NCBI RefSeq assembly: GCF_009914755.1
Contig: NC_060942.1
DNA: 64,000 nucleotides
Reading direction: 5' to 3' (one strand)
DNA from: the human T2T-CHM13v2.0 reference genome, Homo sapiens
A program made the translations under genes and the position numbers. The notes under the pieces are model-generated. The model searched no databases. It saw only the letters and a list, made by a program, of their open reading frames with translations, and was not told where the DNA came from. Every line of letters starts with the position of its first letter. Position 1 is the first letter of the stretch. Positions 53,420 through 64,000 of this stretch are shown one piece after another.

Positions 53420-56400
53420 TTTTTACATTTCTACTTTTATTTTAGATTCTTGGGGTACACATGCAGTTTTATTACCTGGGTATATTGCACGATGCTGACG
53501 TTTTGGGTATAACTGATCCTGCCACTTGGGTACTAAGAAAAGTACCCAATAATTTTTCAACCCTTGCCCCCTTCCTTCTGCACTCTAGTAGTCCCCAGTT
53601 TCTATTGTTGCCATCTTTATGTCCATAAGTACCCAATGTCCAGTTCCCACTTATGAGAATATGTGGTATTGGTTTTCTATATCTGTGTTAATTTGCCCAG
53701 GATAATGGCCTCCAGCTGCATCCATGTTGCTGTAAGGGACATGATTTCATTCATTTTTATGGCTGCGTAGTATTTTATGGTATATATATATACCACATCT
53801 TCTTTACCCAATCCACTGTGGATAGACTCCTAGGCAGATTCCACATCTTCACTATTGTGAACAGTGCTGCAGTGAAAGTGCAAGTGTATGTGTCTTTTTG
53901 GTAGAATGATTTATTTTCCTTTGAGATATATATATATATCTCCAGTAATGGGATACCTGGGTTGAATGTAGTTCTGTTTAAGTTCTTTGAGAAATCTACA
54001 AACTGCTTTCAACAGTGGCTGAACTAATTTACATTCCCACCAACTATGTATAAGCATTCCCTTTTCTCGACATCCTTGTCAGCATCTGTCGTTGGTTAAC
54101 ATTTTAATAATAGCTATTTTGATTGGTGTGAGATGGCATCTCATTGTGGTTTTGATTTGCATTTCTCTAATTAGTGATGTGGAGCATTTTTCATAAGTTT
54201 GTTTGCCACTTGTATGTCTTCTTTTAAGCAATGTCTGTTCATGTTTTTGCCTATTTTTTGATGAGGTTATTTGTTTTTTGCTTGTTCCGTTGCTTAAGTT
54301 CCTTATAGACTCTGGATATTAGACCTTTGTTGGATGCATAGTTTGTGAATATTTTCTCCCATTCTGTAGCTTATCTGTTTACTTTGTTGATAGTTTCTTC
54401 TGCTGTGCAGAAGCTCTTTCATTTAATTTGGTCCCATCATCAATTTTTGTTTTTGTTGCATTTGACTTTAAGAATTTAGTCATAAATTATTCCTCAAGGT
54501 CAATGTCCAGAATGGTGTTTCCTAGTTTTTTTTCTAGGATTCTTACAAAGTCTTCACTTAAATCTTTAATCCATCTTGAGTTAACTTTTGTATATAGTGA
54601 AAGGTAGGAGTCCAGTTTTATTATTCTGCTGCATATGGCTAGCTAGCTATCTCAGTATCATTTATTGAATAGGAAGACCTTTCCCCATTGCTTATTTTTG
54701 TCAATTTTGTTGAAGATCAGGTGGCTGTGTCCCTTTATTTCTGAGTTCTCTACTCTGTTCTGTTAGCCTGTGTGTCTGTTTTTGTACATGTACCATGTTC
54801 CTTTGGTCTGTATATAGCCTTATAGTTTAAAGTCAAGTAATGTGATGCCTCTGGTTTTGTTGTTTTTTTTTTTTTTTTTGCATAGGATTGCTTTGGCTAT
54901 TTGAGCTCTTTTTTGGTTCCATATGGAATTTTATAATTTTTTTCTAGTTCTTTGAAAAAATGATGTTGGTAGTTTGATAGGTATAGCATTTAATCTGTAG
55001 ATTGCTTTGGGCAGTGTGGCCATTTTAACAATATTGATTCTTCCAATCCATGAGCATGGAATGTTTTCCATTTGTTTGTGTCATCTCTGATTTCTTTCAG
55101 CAGTGTTTTGTAGTACTCCTTGTAGAGATCTTTCAACTTCTTGTTTAGATGTATCCCTAGGTTTTTTCTTTTGTTTTTTGTTTTTTGTTTTTTTTTTACA
55201 GCTACTTTAAATGGGATTTCAACCTTGATTTGAGTCTCAGCTTGAACATTACTGGTGAATGGAAATGTTACTTATTTTTGTACATTAATTTTATATTCTG
55301 AAACTTTATTGAAGTTGTTTATCTGTTCCAGCAGTATTTTGGTGGAGTCTTTAGGGTTTTCTAGGTGTAGAATTTTTATTATTCATGAAGAGAGATAGTT
55401 TGACTTCTTTTCCTATTTGGATGCCTTTTATTTCTTTCTCTTGCCTGATTGTTCTGGGTAGCACTTCCAGTATTATGTTAAATAGGAGGGATGAGAGTGG
55501 GCATCTTTGTCTTGTTCCAGTTCTCAATATGAATGCATCCAGTTTTTGCCCATTCAGTATGCTGTTGGCTGTGGGTTTGTCATAGATGGCTCTTATTATT
55601 ATGAGGTATGTTCCTTGAAGGTTTTTATCATAAAAGGATGTTGGATTTTTATCAAAAGCTTTTTCTACATCTATTGAGATGATCACAGGGTCTTTGTTTT
55701 TAATTCTGTTTATGTGGTGAATCACATTTATTGACTTGCATATGTTGAATCAGCCTTGCATCCTGGGAACGAAGCCTACTTGATCGTGGTGGGTTAACTT
55801 TTTGATATGCTGTTGGATTTAACTTGCTAGTATTTTGGTGAGGATTTTTGCATCTATGTTTGTTAGGGATATTGGCATGTAGTTTTCTTTTTTTGTTGTG
55901 TCTTTGCCAGGTTTGGGTATCAGGTTGATGTCTGATAAAATGAGTTAGGGAAGAGGTCTTCTTCCTCGATTTTTAAAAATACTTTCAGCAGAATTGATAC
56001 CAGTTCTTCTTTGTATATCTGCTAGAATTTGACTGTGAATCCGTCTGGCCCAGGGCAATTTTTGGTTGGTAGGGTGTTGTTTTGGTCTTTTTTTTTTTAA
56101 TTACTGATTCAATTTTGGAACTTGATATTGGTCTGCTCAGGGTTTCGATTTCTTCCTGATTCAATCTTGGGAGACTGTGTATTTCCAGGAATTTATCCAT
56201 TTCCTCTAGATTTTCTAGTTTGTGTGCATAGAGATGTTCATAATAGCCTCTGAGGATCTTTGGTATTTCTCTGGGGTCAGTTGTAATGTCACCTTTGTCA
56301 CTTCCAATTGTACTTATTTTGATCTTCTTTTTTTCTGTGTTAATATAGCTAGCAGCTATTGATCTTGTTTATCTTTTCAAAGAATCACCTTTAGGTTTCA

Positions 56401-57145
56401 CTGATTCTTTGTATGGATTTTTGGGTCTCAATTTTATTCAGTTCTGCTAGATTTTAATTTATTTATATTCTCCTGCTAGCTTTGGGGTTAGTTTGTTCTT
56501 GTTTCTCTGCTTCCCTTTGGTATGATGTTAGATCATTAATGTAAGGTCCTTCTTTTTGAGGTAGGCATTTAGCACTATAGACTTTCCTCCTAACACTGCA
56601 TTTGCTGGATCCCAGAGATTTTGGTATGTTGCATGTCTGTTTTCATTTATTTCAAAGAATTTTTTTAGAATTTTTTTTTATTTCTGCCTTAATTTTATTG
56701 TTTACCCAAAAGTTATTAGGGAGCAAGTTGTTTAACTTCCATATTATGTACCTTTGAGGAGTCTTCTTGGTATTGATTTCTATTTTTATTCCACTGCGGT
56801 CCAACAGTATGTTTGGTATGATTTTGATTTTCTTTTAATTTATTGAGACACTTTATGGCTGAGCATGTGGTTGATATTGGAGTATGTTCCATGTGCAGAT
56901 GAGAAGAATGTATATTCTGTGGTTGATGAGTGGAGTATTCTGTAGCTGTCTATTAGGTCCAATTGTTGAATTTGAGTCCAGAATTCCTTTGTCAATTGTG
57001 TATTCTGTGGTTGGTGGAGTATTCTGTAGATGTCTATTAGGTCCAAGTGTTGAATTTGAGTCCGGAATTTGTCAGTTTTCTGCCTCAATGATCTATCTAA
57101 TGCTGTCAGTGGGATGTTAAAGTCCCCCACTATTATCATGTGGCT
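53420..57145 (-). mobile_element. L1PB/old L1PA element, ~3.7 kb, decayed ORF2 (EN to 3' UTR)
   Basis: Minus-strand ORF fragments IIVGDFNIPL (endonuclease), [14 protein letters not shown] and [21 protein letters not shown] (RT), with frameshifts and stops. Confidence 0.95.
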
Positions 57146-58879
57146 AGTTTTATACAGTTGTAACCAGGCCTTGTCATATTTTATTTTCTTCTTCTTTACT
57201 TTATGTCATAAGCAGTTTTCCATGCTACAGTACATATTCATGATTGTAGACATGTTTTAATGTGTGTCAAATAGTCTGTAGAGTTGACCATTATTTATCC
57301 AACTTGCCATTGTTTGCCATATGGAGTCTGTTTCAAAGTTAACTTTGGTGTGCCTGAAACTTATAGATCATAACTGGTTAAATAATACTCTGAGTGGCAA
57401 TCTCATACCTATGTGTCCCCATATCCCTGTGAATATAACATGTTTTCTATTACAGCGTGGAATTCCTGATTGGATATTACCTCAGATTTTTAAAACCTTT
57501 TTCACATGTATAATTTTTGCTTTCCAAATAATAATATTCTTAAGAACAATGGATGAGGCATTCTAGTTTACTTATCTCCCCAGACATTAGATACTTAATA
57601 CATACTTCTGAGTTCTGTAAAATCAGCTCGGCCTCAGGTTGCCTGGCTACTTGTACTGTGGATGACACAGATTTTCAGCACCCCTTACCTCAAATATCAT
57701 TCTGCTTAAAATGTGTGCATGATGTGTTTGTCTCTGTTCTAAAATTAGCTGTGCTTCAGTCTTCAAGAAAGCAATTCAGATGAATCACAGATTATCAGGA
57801 TAACATCAAACTACAGAAGGAAAAATGAATAATACAGGTCAAGATAAGCCCCAGAGTGCCTCCCTAAAGAACTCGATTCTAGGCCATGAGGATATTTTAT
57901 TCTCCAGCTGGACTCTAAATCCTACTTTGGATGCTGATGTGTTATTCTGTTATGATTTTTCAAGGCAATGACTATGCTTTATATTTGGTTGGTAGTTTCT
58001 CTCATGGAATTCTTTAACTTTATTTTCGCCCTTGGTGAGTGCCATGTTCAAACCTGTGTCAGGTAATGCCATTCATGCAACATTACTTCGGTTTATAAGC
58101 TGGCCTGAACCATTTGCACCCTCTTTTAGTGAGTGCTTAGCTTAGAGAAAAGCTTTCCTTGGCTTGTCAAAAAAAAAAAAAATGTGCAGTGAGTGCTTAG
58201 AACATTTGTATACTGATATTATTGCCTCTGACCAGAAGCAACCTATTTCTGTAAAGGTGTCTTCGAATAAGACTATCTAACCACTCTTGCCTCCTACTCA
58301 AGAAAACGTATCCCCTCAATTATAAAATAAAAATTTCCTGGCTCGAGAACATTACTTTATTTAAAAAGCTGTGTCCATAAATTTGATATTTTCGTTGTAT
58401 AGTGAGACATAAAAACATGAAGCATTTGCTTTTAAATTTTCATTTAGGTAAAATGATTTTAGATTATATACTAAAAATGGCAGAGAAGAAAATTCTGGTT
58501 GGAAAAATTGCCATTGCTGGCACAAGAAACAGAATTATTTGTCTGGATGGAACTCAATACATATTTTTAACTGATACAGAATTAGGGGTATCCTGGAATG
58601 TTCAAAAAGACTTCAGAAGATGTGGTCTTTGAGCCGAGCCTGCCTGTGTAAAATGGTAGATGAAAGGAAAAAGGACATTCCAGGCGAGAAATGAAATGTA
58701 GGCCATCTCAAGGGGGCAGAGAGAACCTGGTACTTTAGTGTGAATAATGGAGGATTAAGGAAGAAAGATAAGCTAGGGTCAAACTGTGCAGAGTCCCAAA
58801 TACCAGACCATTACTTAAGCTTTATATTTTAGACAATGAGGGAAATGTTGAACATGATGCAAGTATATTCTAGAAAAAT

Positions 58880-60840
58880 TCGTGAGTTTTAAGATGACAG
58901 TCTAAATACAGTTTTGCTCCCATCTTCCCAGCTCTTCAACTGAAATAACAAAATTTAAAAAGGAGAGCAAATCCATGACACTTACAGAAACATGAATGGG
59001 GACCAGAAATGGACAAAGTTCTGGAAGATGGAAAGGGCATAGGATTATATTGCCAGCTAAATAAGAGCAAAAATTGAAAAAGAAATAAAATAGCTAATTT
59101 AGATGAAGTAATTCAGAGAATAGAAGAAAACGTTTAATAAATATCCTTAAACAGACAAAAAGTATTGCATCCCTTAAACTTCACGGCCCCACTCCTCCCA
59201 GAAAAAAAGAGTTGCTATGAATAAGAGGTAATCAGAAAGTGCAAGAGCTTTGGCGAATTAAAAATATAATTAAATCAAAAATCAATTGGACTTAGTGTGG
59301 CTGAGAGTATCACAGGGTATAAAGCAAAAGATGAAAAGACAGAAAATACTAGAAAAGTATTAGAGAAATAGAAGAATGATCTAAATGGCCTGGCATTCTT
59401 TATGAAGAGTTTCAAGAAGACATTGAAGACAAAGAAATAAAGGCATAAAGATTCAGATTAAAAGAGGCTACTGAATGTTGACCACGATGAATTTAAAAAA
59501 CCCAAACCTAGGTCCACCCTCATGAAATTTCAGAATAAAAGAGATGTTAGAGCTTGAGGGTCAGAGAGAAGAGTGATTACATACAGAAGAGTGATCACCT
59601 GAATGTTATAGACATCAATATGCAATTCTGAAGCCTCAGAAGCAGTGGAACCATGCTTTCAAAGTTCTGAGGGAAGTGATTTTGGACATTTCAACTATCA
59701 ATAAAATATAAAAACAAATAGATAACTTCTAACATGAAAAGGTTTGAAAACTTTACGTCTCTGTATCTCTCAAAAAATAATTTCTAGATGAACTCCAGCA
59801 AAGTAAAAGAGAAAAAATAAAGAATAACATAACATCTAAAAATCTATGGAACTAATGAAAGAATCCAATTACAAGAAGTATAAGAAATACCAGGATGCTA
59901 GCAGGGATATCAAAGCAATTTGTTCAAATTAGTAAGTAAGTTTCATGCAGAATGTTTTGAAGAAAAACCCAGATTCTATGGTTTATACTTAGACCTAGAA
60001 TCTGAGTATTTTTTATCATAAGATAACGGTATATGCTTCTTCTGTCAATAAAAAAGTAGTTAAAAGCTCTAGAAAAAAATATATATTAAGATTCAAGTTT
60101 AATCTTAAATTGAATCATGCTTTTGAACAATAAATGGCATGTGAAAAAAATCCATTTGACTTTGATGTTTTCATTGGAACATTCTTCGGGTTGCAAGATT
60201 TAATGAGAGGATTATATTGCCTTCTCTATGGAGGTAATACCACTTGATTCTGGAGAGGATAAGAAATTACATAATCATAAATCCTCTTTACTAGATTTCA
60301 AGCTTAGAAGCAATCTGTGTCAAAACAGGGAAGATAACCATAGTCACAGAACATAATGTAGATGCTAGTCATTTTTATAAAGAAAACACAATGAGAAAAC
60401 CATACAAATTCAAAGTAGGAAAGGCTGCAAGAAAACACAGTAGAGAGTCAACAGGTACTGTGCCTTGGAATCAGCCAAGAAATATAATTTTAAGAATTTT
60501 ACTTAAAGGTTGTAAAAGTAACCACTAGAATAATTAAAACTATTACCAATAAAATTCAGAGGGGAGGTGAGAAGTAATTAAAATGTGTAATAGAAGCACT
60601 ATAAATTTCTTTTATAATACAAAATAGATACTGTGTTGATAAGAATAGAATATACCTGAATTTTTAGAGTGACACTCATAAGCTCAGAAAAACTAAAAAC
60701 AGAAATAAGTTTAAAAACATTAACTCTTTAAAATGGGATTGGGTAAAGGCAAAGGATAATAGTTAAGAAAGATGTTTACTTTTCATATTATACATTCTGT
60801 TCCTCAATTTTTAACATGTGTCTGTCTTATTAAAAATATA
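58880..60840 (+). mobile_element. Ancient L1M fragment (ORF1-like region)
   Basis: A-rich text with catgaaatttcagaa and tgctttcaaagttctgaggga resembling L1M ORF1. Highly diverged. Confidence 0.45.
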
Positions 60841-60847
60841 AATTGTT

Positions 60848-61160
60848 GGCCGGGCGTGGTGGCTTACACCTGTAATCCCAGCACTTTGGGAGGCCGAGGT
60901 GGGTGGATCATGAGGTCAGGAGATCAAGACCATCCTGGTGAACACTGTGAAACCCCGTCTCTACTAAAAATACAAAAATTTAGCCAGGTGTGGTGGCAGG
61001 CGCCTGTAGTCCCAGCTACTCGGGTGGCTGAGGCAGGAGAATGGCATGAACCCAGGGGTCAGAGCTTGCAGTGAGCAGAGATTGCGCCACTGCACTCTAG
61101 CCTGGGCAACAAAGCGAGACTCCTTCGCAAAAAATATATATATATATACATATATATATA
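60848..61160 (+). mobile_element. AluY-like with (TA)n tail
   Basis: Sense dimer with TSD atataaattgtt on both sides. Confidence 0.95.
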
Positions 61161-64000
61161 TAAATTGTTTACATATATTAATGGATTGGAAGGAAGGGGA
61201 ATAGAAGTAGAGAGATTCTTGGAAGTTATTGCAGTTGTCTACATTTCAGGTAACATGAATCTGTTGGAAATGAAAGATTGAGAGAGGCAATTGGAGAAGA
61301 ATTGGTAAGATTTGGTGGTCCAGTAGATGTTCTGAAGAGGACAGGTTAAAAAATGAATATGAAGCAAAGATGAATAATATTTTTAGATTCATTAAAGAGA
61401 TAATTGAAACTGAAGCCACTGACTAAATGATGCCCAGGATAATTCTTAATTTTTTTATTTACTGATGCCTTGCTGTTTTTCACTGAGTACTATGTCTCCA
61501 GGATAGCTGAGGAATCAAAATATAACCATTTTACTATATTGTCAAATATTGTCAAGTATGTACCGTAATAAGAATATGACAACCTAAATTTGTTTTTTAT
61601 TTAATCACAAATGTCAAATATACTACCATAAAGAACCACCGTAGGGCACAGTAAAAAATAAGTTAAATAACATAATTTTTTGGTCATAATGTTCATATAA
61701 ACAAAGCGTTGATGCTTCAGGCTAACAGTGTATGCTGGCTCTATCAGACACCTTTCAATGATTTGGTTTGTAGCAGGGGGAAAGTGCCCAAGTGTTATTG
61801 CATTAGAAGCACTCAGAGTTCTGGAGCTATCTTGTTCTGGTACCATGAGCTGGGATTTTTAGCAACTTTCAGGTCTTTGTCCTCGTTCCTAAAGGTTTTT
61901 AAACTCCTAACTTGAAACTAGGAGGAATAGAGATTTTCTCCAACCCCTCTGTAAATGATGAACTCTGTGTCCCTCTCCCTTTTATTCATGCTCTGACAGC
62001 ATCCTTGACTCATGAAGTATCTTTTGCAATAGTTGCTGAAAGCCTTTTGACTATAAATGCTGTTTTCTTCAGAATGAAGTAGAACAAAGCATTTTATGCA
62101 AATGAACCTATTTCAGTTCTATTGATAACGATATAACTTGCTTTTATTCAGTAAATGAAGAAGAGAATCTGAAGATGAATAAAATTTACTACGAGTATCT
62201 GCAGATCAGGATCTGAAAGTTAATTTAACCTTCATTTCCCATTTTGGAGAGAATTATAATCATGCAAAAATTTGGTTCTTACATTTGCCTGGCTGATATT
62301 CAAGGGGAATTTAGAAATAGACCTTTTCAGTAAATTTAGTATTGTCCTTTATATCATAGACAATGTTAAGGATGGCAACATCTCTCATTGCTATAGGACA
62401 TTCTCTTTTGTCAGATAAACTAGTGCTAACCTCTGAGGGGACTGATTCTTTAATTCGTTGCTGCTTGTTTTCTTTCTCCATGTTGTGAGTAGCTATTAAT
62501 ACAATGATGAATTTGCTTGGAGGGTGAGTGAGAAAAATATAAAAAAATACAGGTTAACTATAAATTTTAGAATTATATAATTGGGAAACACTAGAGGGTT
62601 ATTCTGAAGTCTTTTTAGTGAAATCCAGCTTCTCACCTTGATTAGTACTAGCAAAGCCATATTTCTACTCTTGATCAAATGTGTCCTTTATAGAGTATTT
62701 GTACAAAGCATGACATAAGCATGGATTTGCAGCTGTTTCATAACCACTGTGAAGTTTCTTGGCTCTGCTCCACAGCACTGTGTCCAAGTTTCAGGAACTC
62801 TTCTCAAGTACTGTGAATGTGGAAGGAGGCCACTTGTGGAATGATTTACTTTACCCAGAGTTGAGTGTTTTGCGTGCAGAATGTGAAGCTGCTGTTCAGC
62901 CTGTTGTGTCCAAATGTAAGTGACTGGCCAAAGAAACTTTTTTTGGAGCTTGTCATCCAGCCTCAAAACTTACCCTCTGTGGATCTTTGCATGTTCTAAC
63001 CATCAATAGGAAATAGCAATGCTATAACTTTTCATTTCTTCCAGCCAATAATCCCCTATGAATTTTTTAGCTGATATTTTAATGAGCTTAAAACATTGTG
63101 ATTCTGACTTTAATGATGTACTCGATTGTAATTAAAGCAGTTATAAAGATGAGACAGTCGTGGCTGAATGTTCCCAACTCTATGTGCTCTTCACCCTAGG
63201 AGGACAGGGACTCAGAGGTAACAACTCGGATACTGTTAACATTTACATCATCAGAATTCATTTCACTAAATTGCCATCCTCTCTGTAGTTTTTTAATAAA
63301 GCAAGCTGAAGTTATTTTCAAACAGTAGCTTAGAAGTCTAGCAGTTCCACTGAACATAGTCCAGTGGAATAATCAGATGTAGTAATAGATTCTTCCAAGA
63401 GCATTTATGAAGGATTCCAAATAGGAATGTTTACAGGTTCTTCTCTTTGTTTACCAAGTACAGAGGAAGCTTTGCTTATGCTGATACCAGGTGGCAAAAC
63501 TAACATTCCAGGTTAGGCCGAAACCAAATTCAATCTTACTCTTTCTATACACGGTGGGGCATAAGTTTCTAAAGGTAGTTAGGTTTTACAGTGCCAAAAG
63601 AAAAACTTAGAATTTTTGTCTTGAAATGATAGGGAACCCCTGAAGACTTCTAAAAATGAAAGGAGGGAAGATAGAGCTGGTGGTGAGATGTGAATTGACT
63701 GTGAAGCAAGGAAACCTCTCCAGAGAGACTCATGAGGTAGGTGAGAGGAAGGAGCGTGTCTGAAGCAGGGTGTGAGCAGCGGGAGAGGAATGGGCAGGAC
63801 ATACCTGTCCCCCTGTGAAATGAACAGGTATGATGTCTGAATCAGACAGATGGGTAGAGAGGGAAAAACATTCTGAGGATTCAAAGCTAAGTGCTGGCTA
63901 TCAGTTTAGCTCAAGCAGGAGATCTGGAGAGGGAGCCAAGTAGGAGAGAAGCTTCCTCATTAAATGTACTGTGTATTGTCTAAACCAATGGCCGCAACCT

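Noticed and set aside
55351-57139. Reverse transcriptase/endonuclease-like ORFs as a novel retroelement system
   Set aside because: Ordinary decayed L1 ORF2 fragments with frameshifts.

Overview
Primate (most likely human) genomic DNA, rich in Alu/L1/L2/MIR/MER repeats, with one CpG island at ~14.3-16.1 kb. I recognise this as the 5' end of MAPRE2 (EB2/RP1, microtubule end-binding protein) on the + strand. The window holds two alternative first exons in the CpG island: 1a ends at the 14712 GTGAGT donor, and 1b encodes MKQNRDQK at 16151-16174. A 62-nt exon at 43108-43169 encodes CPVSQRNSSFQQPGRKPGCS(S). The canonical MPGPTQ first exon and the CH-domain exons are not in the window. The gene call is from memory of the isoform N-terminus, not from a database search. 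The most interesting signal is that the ATG-less exon 1a has a GTG in strong Kozak context right after a (GCG)6 repeat. It reads without stops and in phase into the 62-nt exon, which would give a non-AUG-initiated, N-terminally extended EB2. Other oddities are an ~89-bp non-repeat duplication with microexon-like signals, perfect palindromes, a 1-kb AT repeat and a promoter G4. Repeat boundaries and subfamily names are approximate, by-eye calls.
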